Shown here in pieces: positions 1-11,127 of a stretch of 64,000 nt of DNA (positions are counted from its first letter, which is position 1; each line of letters opens with the position of its first letter). Location: contig NW_026515681.1 of assembly GCF_025526975.1 (NCBI RefSeq), positions 620,001 through 684,000 of the forward strand. The letters are read 5' to 3'. Origin of the DNA: Fimicolochytrium jonesii (Eukaryota). Made by a program: the position numbers and the translations under genes. The notes beneath the pieces were generated by a model. It did no database searches, was not told the origin of the DNA, and saw nothing but the letters and a program-made list of their open reading frames with translations.

Positions 1-1672
1 ATTAGCGCTGTCAGATGGGGATCTCATCCCGCTTCTACCTCATCTGATGTGCAAAGGGCTTACCTTTTCATCGAGATCCTCAGCGATTCTCGCCATCCTA
101 GCGGTCCTCAGCCGCAATGCTGTTCTTCACGGGAGGGCACGTTCATATTTGGATCTGGTCCGTGGGCAATGGCTTGACATGGAAGTAGCTGGAAACTACT
201 CCGTGGGCTTCATACGTTTGGCAATCAAAGCGGAGAAGATCCTTACCGCGGAGGAATCGGAAAAGGTCAACATCGTGCGGGAGCTGCAAGGGCTTCTCAT
301 GAATAAGCGGACTGAAGTCGTCGTTAAGGTATCAAGTAATCTCAAAGGAACCCGGCTACCTGACTGGAAAAGTCCCTGTGCGAAATGTGGAAAACAAAGA
401 AGCGGGACTCTGCTCACAGCAGCGGGAGAGTGCGCCCCTTGTGTACTCGGGTACAAACCCAAGACCGACGGACCTGAAGATGGGAGTCACATGTACGATT
501 GTAGCAGATGTCTAGTCCGGTATGCTGTCATCGAGACAGCAGATCTCAAGGTTGTTCGCCCACGTTGCCACTATTGCCGTCTCGACCTCCCTTCCCCTGT
601 CATAAGATGTATCTCTTGCAACGTGCGTTACATCGACGCCAACGGTCTGCTCGCGAAGAATGGCGATGGGAAATGTGCGCCCTGTGCAGTCGGTCCCCGT
701 GTCGATGCAATCACTGGCCCGATGGAGAACGTAGAGACGACCATAGGGCGATTGTATGTCGAATCGCCCAGCAATCGGTGCACGATCCATGAAGCTTTAA
801 ACCTCCTTGCAACGCCGCCGGCCTACGACATTATGCAAAATTCAGGTGGAGGCGTGTACTCTATGCGGCATGTCTTCCGCAGAGTATCTTGCCCTACAGA
901 TGCAAATGGGCATTACCGATACCAGCTCACATACCGTGGCAGATCAATACACAACATCGAAGCTGTTCTGGATACGATACGGGAATGGGCAAGGAAGCAT
1001 ACTGCGGAACTTGGGATGTGCATGATGTGCTGCGAGGAGATGAAGAAGGAGACAATGGTCACGGCTTGTGGGCGGAGCGGTTGCGTCGTGAAATGTTGCG
1101 CTCCTTGCGTAACCACGTGGTATGGTTATCTTCAACGCGGCCACGTCCTGCCACCAGCAAATATGGTTTGCCCTTTCTGCAAAAGATCTCCGTCTTCGCG
1201 GGTTCTCGCCCGCCACAACCGCGAAGCCTGTGAGCTTATTAGACAGCGGCCTGCGAACGGATACGATCCGGGGTGGTACTATGGATGGTGTACGATGTGC
1301 ATGAGGCCTCGGCAATGGATGGAGAAGGTGTGTGCTCAAGATGGGCCTCCAGCGACGGGCGAATTTCGTTGCGAAAGCTGTAGTTACCTGAACACAGCGC
1401 CTGGGCTCAATGCGCGGGATTGCCCTTCTTGTGGAGTCACGATCGAGAAGACCTACGGTTGCGATCATATCACATGTCGCTGTGGACAACACTGGTGCTG
1501 GCGATGTGGAAGCAAGTTTACAGCGCAAACGATATACTCGCACATCTACGGGTGTCGCGGAGATGAGATATTTGCAGCTTTCAACAACAACAACGGACAG
1601 AATGACGAAGGCTATGGCGGAGGCTATGAAGGTTATGATGATGAGGAAGATGAATATTATGATGATTATTAG
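1..1672 (+). CDS. Ariadne-like RING/IBR (RBR-type) Cys-rich protein, 5'-truncated by the window edge, intronless in the visible part
   Basis: The frame is open from base 2 (LALSDGDLIPLLPHLMCKG...). It has many CxxC pairs, a RING-like CMMC...CGRSGC...CAPC...CPFC unit and a C-terminal Rcat/IBR motif (RDCPSCGVTIEKTYGCDHITCRCGQHWCWRC) followed by an acidic tail. Confidence 0.8.
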   Translation, partial: LALSDGDLIPLLPHLMCKGLTFSSRSSAILAILAVLSRNAVLHGRARSYLDLVRGQWLDMEVAGNYSVGFIRLAIKAEKILTAEESEKVNIVRELQGLLMNKRTEVVVKVSSNLKGTRLPDWKSPCAKCGKQRSGTLLTAAGECAPCVLGYKPKTDGPEDGSHMYDCSRCLVRYAVIETADLKVVRPRCHYCRLDLPSPVIRCISCNVRYIDANGLLAKNGDGKCAPCAVGPRVDAITGPMENVETTIGRLYVESPSNRCTIHEALNLLATPPAYDIMQNSGGGVYSMRHVFRRVSCPTDANGHYRYQLTYRGRSIHNIEAVLDTIREWARKHTAELGMCMMCCEEMKKETMVTACGRSGCVVKCCAPCVTTWYGYLQRGHVLPPANMVCPFCKRSPSSRVLARHNREACELIRQRPANGYDPGWYYGWCTMCMRPRQWMEKVCAQDGPPATGEFRCESCSYLNTAPGLNARDCPSCGVTIEKTYGCDHITCRCGQHWCWRCGSKFTAQTIYSHIYGCRGDEIFAAFNNNNGQNDEGYGGGYEGYDDEEDEYYDDY

Positions 1673-1738
1673 GACAATGCTACCCCTATTGTTGTATCCT
1701 ATCCTAGAGGGCAATGGACTGTCAAGTAGATAAAGCAG

Positions 1739-2312
1739 GTTCGCCCTCTCCCAATACAACATCCACCCCGATATCATCGCCATCTCCAAAGGCCTCACAT
1801 GCGGGTACCTCCCCATGGGTGCCACCATCTATACCGAAGAAGTCCACAAAGTCGCCAACGCCAACCCGGCCACAAAGCTCTCCCCCTCCGACATCTGGCA
1901 GCACGACTACACCTGGAGCGGACACCCCACCTGCGCCGCCGTCGCGCTCAAGTGTCTGCAGCTCCTGAAGGACGAGAACCTCATCTCACGCGCGGTGGTG
2001 ACGGGCGATAAGTTCCGTCAGATCTTGAAGGAGGAGCTGGAAGGGTTGATGGTGGTCAAGCAGATCCGGGGCAAGGGGATCATGATCGGGATTGACCTGA
2101 TGAGTGATTTCGCGACGGATGTTGAGTTGAAGATGTTATTGGAAAGAAAGGTGGTGTTGCGGGCGAGCTCCAACAAGCATTGTTTGTTGATGACGCCTCC
2201 TGTCATTTTGACGGAGGAGGAGATGAGGGAGGTTGCGAAGGGGTTGAAGGATGTGTTGTCGAGCTGGGCGACGACGGCGGAGGCGTTGACCAGCAAGCCA
2301 AGGCAGTGGTGA
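1739..2312 (+). CDS. Class III PLP-dependent aminotransferase (BioA/omega-amino-acid type), 3' portion only
   Basis: The frame reads FALSQYNIHPDIIAISKGLTCGYLPMGA (PLP-binding Lys), HDYTWSGHPTCAAVAL, IRGKGIMIGIDL and LMTPPVIL. An in-frame TAA at 1731 and a possible CAG acceptor at 1736-1738 precede it. The N-terminal half is not in the window. Confidence 0.8.
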
Positions 2313-3479
2313 TGTGGGCAATGCCAAAGCAGTGTATATTGAGAGTTTTTGGGTGTGGGGGTTTGGGTCCCATGGGTGTCGCGTTTGCAAATGTCATGGG
2401 TGTAGCGTCCCAATGGGTACTAATGTCATGGGTGTAGCGCGCAGGGAAGAGGAATTCATGAAAGACAGGTCCATATCGCGTACATACTCTGGTTGCTTTT
2501 CAGTTAGGAAATCAATATGCAAAGGCCCTACTTTCAAGGTTGACGATGGGAAACGCCAGGCCTTGCTAGATAACTCGGTCGTGTTGGCCAGCGAAATATC
2601 ACGTGTGAAGCTGACTCCGGACCGCAGTTCTCATCGTAGTCCGAAACACCCTGGATCCTCGATATCTAGTCAAACACTGTAGACTCTGGTTCCGATAACG
2701 GGCAACGACTGTTACGTTGCTCTATGGCTGACACGCACGCCGGGCCGATCAATGATTCATACACCCGTCGACGAAGTCATTGCTGGGGCCACCTAAAGCT
2801 CATGCGCCCGTCCAGTATTCTTACCCAAAAGTTGCAAACAGACGGGATTCGAAGTTCGGTTGCATCCGTCGTTCTTGCATTTGGCACTTGACAAGTTGCG
2901 GGCAGCGTATGAAACAACCGAAGACACATGTCCGGAAACGTGCATCTATACCTACCAAGCAACTTGCGAGTTCTCGGTCTCGTCAGCAAGGGACGCGCTG
3001 TCGATTTCGCATGGACCCGTCATTCCGCACAATCACAATCGGCCACCGACACTTCCACTTTTCGCAACATCGAAACCCCGGTTTCCTCCTCTGGGATCTG
3101 TCTGCTTCGGAGGGCCAGCTCCCGGTAAAATAATTGGTGGCAGATCCGTGGGTTCTGTCTGTCAACCGAGATTGCTTTGAAAATCAGACAATGCAAGTCC
3201 TGCTTCGGCCATTGACACCTTGAGAGACAACCCTGTACATAGCCTGTCTTTATGTATACACTCGCGTACATTTTCGGACTAAATATATTGAATTGCCGTC
3301 TCTCCTGAGGCCAGAAATCCAAACTACCCTCGACAGACATCTCAAAGCGAGCGCATCTGGAATACCGGGTCTTGGATGGAGTGCGCTTCCTGAGCGCAAT
3401 GTGAAGTGCGCTGCAATGAACTTGGGACATCGTGATGGTGAGGTTTAGCAGGTTTGTGTTGGATCACCTTAAGAACATT

Positions 3480-3862
3480 AGGGCGCGGACAGTTTCATCT
3501 AAGTTTAATAACGGCTGAAGGAGACCCAGACGGTACGGCGTAAATGTCGGTCGTAGCCAGGGGCGTCTGTTACAGATATTCGTGCCACCTTGAAAAAGCA
3601 AAGGATACAGGAAGGAATGGTAGCGTGCCGCAAAGAAACATTCGCATGTCCAAACCTCGTCGAGGATTTCATATGGAAAGGGAAAGAGATGCTTAACGTT
3701 GGGACATAGCCATCTAGACAAGAGCCCATCATGGTGAACAGAGACATCCAAGGAGGCGCCAACTTCCGTTACCTCCTCTACACATATGCGCGATATAACG
3801 GCTTCAGACCAGACATGAACCGTCAGCCTTGGGAACCCAATCCTTATCCCCTCTGGTTGTGA
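3480..3862 (+). pseudogene. Possible decayed ORF of unknown family
   Basis: A protein-like frame (..PGASVTDIRATLKKQRIQEG...*PSRQEPIMVNRDIQGGANFRYLLYTYARYNGFRPDMNRQPWEPNPYPLWL*) is interrupted by stops and ends just before a C12 run. No family was recognised. Confidence 0.25.
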
Positions 3863-4371
3863 ATGTCCCCCCCCCCCCGCCGGGCCCCCAATAGCAGCCT
3901 TCCCCCCCTAAGTTCTCCTTAGTTCACCATGATCCCCCCCTTTAGTTTTTAGATGGCGCCTGTTACAGGGTGCATCAACTTTACGCGGCTGGCCTTCGAG
4001 TTTGGCCGTGAAGCATAGATATTGAGACGTTGAGGAACAAAGAAAATAACGTCTGACATCCGGCGACCGTGTTCGCAACAAACCGGCACCAGTAAAAGAT
4101 GCAGGGGTTTGGCATCTGGTGAAGCGGAACAATATCTCTCCCTTTGTGCTCTTGCCGGTTTTTTTTCTCCAAGCTAGCTAGTCAGAGAATGAGATGGTGG
4201 GATTGCTGGCCCCACCCAGGTGTGCATGTAAAGTAGTTACGATTTGCAGTCGAGAGATGTTTTTATTGCGCGAACGACGACATAATATCCAGCAGGATCA
4301 TGGGGGGTTAGCTATGAAAACCAAAATGGGTAACCAAAACTGAACAGCAACGGATCTCTTTCCACCCGTCC

Positions 4372-7300
4372 TCACACTCCGGGTTGAGACACAGCTCCAG
4401 CAGCAGAACGCGGCGCCGTATGGGAAGGCACAGACGAGCTGCCCGACTGCCCATCGTTCATTCGCTTGCTCGCCATTCTCAGCAGATTATACCACTGTTC
4501 GAACTGCTTCTCGTCGGAAGCTTCAAAGAGCATTCTCCGGCCGCCGAACTCAATCTCAAATGCAGGAACACCCCTGTCCTCCGACCCAGATTCCGCAACC
4601 GTGCTTCCCGTGCCATTGATGTTCCGGCGAGATACGCGTAGGGTCGCGGCGTCAACGCAGTAGGCCTTCTCGGCAGCGCCGGGCGTCACCGAGCGCAGGT
4701 ACAGGCGGGGCACCGGCATGATTGTTAAAACAGCCTCGAAAAGCTCCCACTTGGACAGCCAGGGCAAGATTGTGATGGCCTTAACTGGGAACTGAGCGAT
4801 CAAGCCGCGGAGCCCAACATCGCCGTGCTGCGTTATCGGCTGTCCGGTTTGCTGACTATTCGTGCTCAAAGGAGCGCCTAATGGGTGGGATTTCTTAACT
4901 GCCCCAGCCGGTGCGACGAGCATAGTGCTCTTGCTTTGATCCTTTAAGGGGTTCGTACTCTCGTCGAATTTGAGGGCTTGAAGCTCGCTCCAGTGCGAAA
5001 TGACTACACGGCCGATTAAGAGCTGTGCGGGAAGAAGCCGATTTGTGAGCAACGACATTGTCAAGTTAGCCCAACAAGCGCATGCAAGCACACTTACCGC
5101 CCAAGTTGTGGTGGTCACGAACAACACGCCGAACGAAGTGATGTAAAACACGAGACTAGGCGATGAACCCCCAATGAAGGACATCGCAATGATCAACGTG
5201 CACCAGATCAAAAGCTGTGAAGATATAGAGTGTCGGCCAATTGTTGGGGTGTCACATAAATGACCCTGTTCAAATGCATGAAGAAACACTTACCGAATAC
5301 ACAGCAAGAGCAATGAACTGCGACACATCGAAGTCAAAACAGAAAGTTTAAGCGAGAATGTAGCGTGAACTCCGCAACGAACTCATTTGGTACCTTTGCA
5401 TCAGAAAATCTGCTGGGCACGTTCCGGGTTGCGATCGCCAACCATGTCGTTGCGACCAAAAGCACCGCATTGTACCTAGCCATGGACAAAAAGTCAGGAG
5501 AGTGGTCCGATTCTTTCGTCTTGAGCCACATCTCACCCGAGGATGGTACCAACAAATCCTCCGTTTCCTCTGTCAGACATACAGACATTGACGAATGTAG
5601 CTATTCGGCAGATTTAAGGTTAGGACTAAGCAGCGGGCGAGGAAAGCGACGGTAGCCTTTGCTTATACCTGTCGTAATGTTCGACACCCTTTGCGGTTTT
5701 AACGGAGAGTATCCAGTCCACACAGCGAGGATGATCTGGGGCGCATAAGCTTCATTGGCAAAAGTCTTTTCAAAGCCGGCAAACCCCAAAGAGACGGAAC
5801 TTACAAGCTCGCCGAGCGCGAACATTCCAGTTAACGGAAGCAGTTGGGCCATGCCAATGGGTGTCGCTAGACGCTGCAAGAGAAGAGATATGCGTACAGA
5901 TTAGCCAGATTTATCTGAATGCCGAGCCACGAAGCCGAGCCGGCTGGAACGTACCTTATTGGCAAATACTCTGGACAGACGATAACTCTAAGAAGAGACG
6001 AGATATTATCGCATATTTAGCTCATCCGCCATGGATGTGGGAGAGGTCCACAACTTCACTCACCTTTCCAATCAAGCAACTGGTCACGACCACAAAAGCG
6101 AATCCGTACAGCCAAGGACGAGCCATACACTTTGACTGCGTCTGCTCACCGATCAACGTGAAGATAGTTGCATAGGCCAGTTGCATGGCAAGACCCATGA
6201 TGATCATGAACTCCGGCGACAAGGCTGAACGGTTTGGTTCACGAAAAGTTGTTAAAGAAAGTTGCTCGCTTATGGAAGAAACATGCAATGACATTGTAGA
6301 TCGTACCTTTGACTTGCGTATGCGACCTCCACTTGTACACGAGAGCAATCGAGGCAAAGTTGACACCCATCATGACGGCGTAGAGGACCATAAGGACGAT
6401 CGCAATCGGATCCTTATACTCCGTCCAGTCCGGGAAAAAGACTAACGGAGAACAGATTGACATGGGTGTTACTAAGATCTCCGATGAAAATCGAAGCGAC
6501 TGCTACGGCAACCCACCCAATTCCGAGGTGGGAATATCAGTAGTCCCGCTGGCGAAGATCGCCGAGACACCGTTTGACACGACGTTATAAGTGGCATTTG
6601 TTGTCGCTCCGATGACGACGTTGCTCCCCTTGACGATGTTGACAACCTGGTAGGTCCCAACGCGATCAAAGTTCCGGTCAAACTCGACGTGGCCGGTCAA
6701 GCCGGTGGAGGCGGCGAGTGTCAATGGTCCGAGCAACTTTGTCAGGTCTCGCGGGTACCCCTGCCCGGCAGCAATCTGTGACCACGGCGTCCCCGAGGTA
6801 GTTTGGTACTGATGAAGAAGTCGGAGAGCTTTAGAGGATCTCCTCGTTTTTTTTCTAAAAGCCGTCAAGCGTACTCACGTTTTCCAACCCGGCGAGCATC
6901 AACCGCAAACAATCCGTGAAGAACTGTGCTTGGAGGGAAAAGGGATCAGCAACGCTCGCAGAAGCCTCATCCTGAAGACGGCCGAACGGTACCAGAGAGT
7001 ATTGCCCAGTGTCCTTACTGAACTTTGCCTTGTAATCGGCGTTGAATTGGTCGTACAGAGCACCCTGTCCCTCGACTGTGGTGATAAGAGCAGGTTGAAT
7101 GAGGGTGTGTGTGTAAACACCAATCTGAAAGAGAGCGAAACGCACCTGGGTTACTGATGAGCAGGCCGTTAACCGCGTCCAAGTCCGCTTGGGTATAGGT
7201 CCCTGCCGGGATACCCGCCCTGAGGTTCGCGGCGACACCCATAGCGGCCTCCGTACTGATCCAGACGAATTGCGGCCCATACATGCCAAGTTTGCGCGCG

Positions 7301-8083
7301 GCGGGAACCAAAAGCATGTAGTCTGGCGGTTCGCAGACGACGACGATGATACGAGCTCCAGAGTCTTTGACGTTCTGCAATGCAGTCTGCAGGTTGGAGT
7401 AATCGGTGTTGAATTTTTCGTTCGCTAAGACGGTGACCTGGCTCGCCGCGGCTTTGCTAAGCAAACTGTTCGAGCACTTTTGAGTACCGTTGCCGACAAG
7501 GCAATCTGAAAACAAACAAGACGCACCTGTTTGCAATCCCGTTTCCGTAAGAGGTGTCTGCGTATATCATCCCGATGCGCTTCCAGCCGTATCGAGACAA
7601 GATCTGGTTCAGCACCACGCCTTGATTGTCATCTGCGGGGATCGTTCTGAAGAAGTATCGATACTGTTTCTGGTTGAGCCCGGCGGCCGTGGTAGAGCCC
7701 GAACACTGCATAATCTGATTCGGGAGCAGCTGGTTGGAGACCGGACCAGCCATCCCGGAGGCCAGTTCTCCAAGAATGCCAATAGCACCATTGGAAACTG
7801 AGTCGGTGACGGCCGCAGCGGCAATAGCGGCTTTGTATTGGGTATCGTAGAAGGTGAGCGAGATGTTCACGTTGTTGGTATTGTAGACGGCATTCTTCTG
7901 AGCGACGAAGAGGTCGAGCGCATTTTTGATGTCATCGCAGAGCTCGCCATATCCCTCGAGAGACCTTGGCAACAGCAGACTGAACTTCAGCTGGTCCACG
8001 GCACAGATGGCAAGCGACACTTGCAGCAAGAGGCATATGGCGGCGAACAGTCGGGCTGCCGGTGATCGTCGAATAGAAATCAT
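4372..8083 (-). CDS. Class C (family 3) GPCR: signal peptide, Venus-flytrap/ANF-receptor domain, 7TM_3 and a PH-like C-terminal tail; multi-exon
   Basis: Signal peptide MISIRRS...QVSLAICA. Periplasmic-binding motifs ILGELASG, YRYFFRTIPADDNQG, YGWKRIGMIY and GLTGHVEFDRNFDR. TM exons ALSPEFMIIMG, CMARPWLYGFAFVVVTSCLIGK and YNAVLLVATTWLAIATRNVPSRFSDAK (class C TM5/ICL3 signature). Confidence 0.88.
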
Positions 8084-8435
8084 TTTCAACCGAGCGCTAA
8101 AAGTCGAGAGTGTGGGTGACAGACAGAGCAAGACACTGAACGAGCTTGCGCATCAACGTGAAAGAAAGCGATGCCGTAAACACTCTCAACAAAGAGCAGT
8201 GAGCTATTCAATCGTGCACCGGGTGGCGCTTACTCGCTTTTGACTTGAGCATGCGGGATTGTTCGAGCCCGAAATTTGGCCGCGCTGTCGATTTCATGTG
8301 TACGCGCCGTCACTATAGCGGTGACGGCTTCAACCTTCAACCGCTTGGCCCGGATGGCCAGGAATAACTGCCACTTTCGTGGAAGAGCCAGAAAACGGGA
8401 TTTTGGACTCGTCCATTTTTGTTTGCGTTTACCTG

Positions 8436-8632
8436 CCGAATGAGATCATCACGCTAGATTTTGGCGACTCGGGCAAGAGCGCTCCGGAGAATTAGGAGAA
8501 TGAGGGGAGACAGCCGCATACAATAGGTTCGGAACGCTGGCCAAGTTCTTGCATTGGCGCTCTCATCTCGGCGTGACGTTTCGTTGCATGCGCTGGGCTT
8601 GATAGACTGTACTTACACGTAGAGTCGAGACC
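8436..8632 (+). repeat. Degenerate duplicate of parts of the downstream PLC-like locus
   Basis: 8436-8472 matches 10205-10241 (35/37 nt). 8525-8632 matches 11008-11127 as a direct repeat with small indels. Confidence 0.9.
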
Positions 8633-8689
8633 AAATATGATGGTGCTGTTCGCAACCATCTACCAGCAGATACGTGGTGGGGCTTCGGG

Positions 8690-8959
8690 GTGTTGGCCCA
8701 CATGGAGAGACCTACTACCTGGACGCCAACGGTAACAAGGGCAGCACTTGGCGAATTCGTTAACCAGTCGCGGGAAGAACCGAACGTCGAGATCCGATAT
8801 CTCCTCCCTTCCAAGCGGCCTTCAAAGAAGAATCTGAACCGCGGACGATTCAGCCTTATGTACCATCATGGCGGGGGAGACATACTCGCATACTGTGGAA
8901 ATGTGCCATGGACTAGAAGCATGGAGCAGGAGGTCCTTGCAGCATTAGGTGAGCCTTGA
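8690..8959 (+). pseudogene. Frameshifted SET-domain-like fragment
   Basis: Joining two frames gives HGETYYLDANGNKGS/LGEFVNQSREEPNVEIRY...GGDILAYCG, which resembles the SET motifs YxIDA..GN..RFINHSCxPN and GEELxxxYG. Confidence 0.4.
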
Positions 8960-9674
8960 CGTTGATTTCAATCTATATACGTTGGCTATACGGTAGGGCT
9001 ACACGGATAACATAACGGAAAGTCAATAGGCATATTCGGGCGAGGCAACATCGCTCGCCGAACCATGTGGGAAACACACAAACAAATAAGTAGGTAGAGA
9101 ATGTACATGTATGTAGAGTAGTAGTAGTTTCGGACCTTCCCTATGTGCTGTTACGCCGAGCAAGTGATTGCTGTTCTCCAAAGGTTGTACGTGCCTTCTA
9201 CAAACTTCTCCTTGTTTCTTGGAGGAAGCGCAAGGGAAAGAAGCGCAAGGGATGATCTCTATCCTAACCCTAACCCTATCATTTATTTCGACGAGATATG
9301 CGGGATATACCATGGGAACTCGATCATAGGCGTTTTTATGGGTACAATTGACAGCAGGATTGACAGCAGGTGCCACCAAGTCCTCCGCGGACGTTACATT
9401 CGCTACACATTCGCCGTTTTCCATAGGTATAGAGAAACGCTCCGACGGCGACAGATCTGAGCGAAGCATCACGCTGGGAAGACAACCCCAAATTGTGATG
9501 CGACGTGTGATATGCTCGTACGCCGTTCTCTGGATGGACTTGGATGCAGGCGCAACATCGGGCGCTTCTCTGCCCGCTTTAAAAGGATAGCACTGTTCAT
9601 GAGCCCCTGTCAGTTTCCAGTCCAGTCCCTAATTCACTCAGATCTGTCCCGCTGTTGAGCCGTGAAGGAGAGAT

Positions 9675-10968
9675 ATGTTCAAAACCGCGACTCTGCTTGT
9701 CGGTGTCGCCGCGGCGTCCTCCTTGCTCTCTGGAGTTCTTGCGACTAGTCCTTGCAACGGGTAAAGTAGCCAGCGCGCGAACCAAAGACATCCACAATAA
9801 ACCTAACGTTCCGTGTCTGTGTATGTCACTGCAGCATGCAAGAACTTTGTGGCCTTCGATACGACCAAGTCACCTACGCGGCCACCCACAACTCCGGCAG
9901 CAAAGACCTCAAATACGACTGTCATACCCTCGCCAAGTCCTGCAAAGCGGGCAAGTTCCTCTGCTGGGGTTTCGAAAAAGGTTGCAACATCCTCGTCCCC
10001 GACGCCATCGAGCGTTGCCTCTGGGACAATCAAGTTCGCGCTATCGATCAGCAGCTGAGCGACGGGATTCGGTCGTTCGACATCGATACCTGTCAGATTG
10101 ACGATGGATCCGTTGTCAATTGCCATGGGGCCGGAAACAAACGCGCCATTGGCGGTGATATCCGCCAAACATTGCAATCTGTGGCGAGTTGGGTGAACAA
10201 CAACCCGAATGAGATCATCACGCTGAATTTTGGCGACTCGGATGGCGACGCGGCGTCGATGGCGAGGTATATCCAGGGCGGCTTGCAAGACATTCTTGGC
10301 AAGTGGCTGTTCGAACGGAGTGCAGGCGCTCCGTGGCCGACCCTCGGGGAGTTGATCGCCAAGGACAAGAGAGTGGTTGTGATGTTCGGAAGCAATCTCT
10401 TCAACGCTGGTCCTAAGCCGGCATGGTTGCAGGTGAGATCTGACCATTCACGGAGGGCATACGTTTCCTGTCCAAATGATGAACCACCGCATCTAACGTC
10501 GTCCGTCTCGCATCGCCCCCGCAGCACTACGACGACATCATCGAAGACCCCTACTTCAAAGTCCTCGCCGACGACGATAACCCCGCCCGCCTGGAAGCCT
10601 CGTACCTCCAATCCTGGTGTCTCCGCGACCCCAAAACTTTCACGAAACTCCAAGTCATCGACGCAACCATCGCCATCGTCCTGCCTCAACTCGAAGCCGA
10701 CCTACGTAAACTCAAGTTCCCGACAAGCGTGTGTAGTCGCGACCTGGCGAAATCGGTGAACTATGGTTCGTTGGACCGGATTGCGGACTTTTGTGCGCAG
10801 AAGATGGGATACATCTATCGTGTTAGGGTGGATCATGAAGATGCGTCGAACGTGGTAGCGAAGGTGAGGGAGTTGAATGGAAGGAACGTTAAAAGGTTTG
10901 GGAAGAAAGGCGGCAAGGCCGTGAAGCCGAGAGTCAAGGGTGCTCTGGGACCTCACCTCGTGAGGTGA
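9675..10968 (+). CDS. Secreted PI-PLC X-domain-like phosphodiesterase (3 exons)
   Basis: Signal peptide MFKTATLLVGVAAASSLLSGVLA, then CNG|MQELCGLRYDQVTYAATHNS, NQVRAIDQQLSDGIRSFDID, CHG and WPTLGELIAKDKRVVV. Introns lie at ~9761-9834 and ~10433-10523. Confidence 0.85.
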
Positions 10969-11007
10969 ATGCCTGTACATAGGATTCTCTGAGGGAGACA
11001 ACCTCTC

Positions 11008-11127
11008 AGGTTCGGAACGCTGGCCAAGTTCTTGCATTGGCGCTCCCATCATCGGCGTGACGTTTCGTTGCATGCGCTGGGCGTAGTAGACTGTAAATGT
11101 ACTGTACTTACACGTAGAGTCGAGACC
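11008..11127 (+). repeat. Second copy of the ~110-120 bp direct repeat (partner 8525-8632)
   Basis: Near-identical sequence AGGTTCGGAACGCTGGCCAAGTTCTTGCATTGGCGCT...CTGTACTTACACGTAGAGTCGAGACC. Confidence 0.9.

Noticed and set aside
9263..9277. Telomere-like CCTAACCCTAACCCT
   Set aside because: Only ~2.5 units and internal, so expected by chance.
8525..11127. LTR retrotransposon interpretation of the direct repeats
   Set aside because: There are no TG...CA ends and no gag/pol. The enclosed gene is an intron-containing PLC-like gene.
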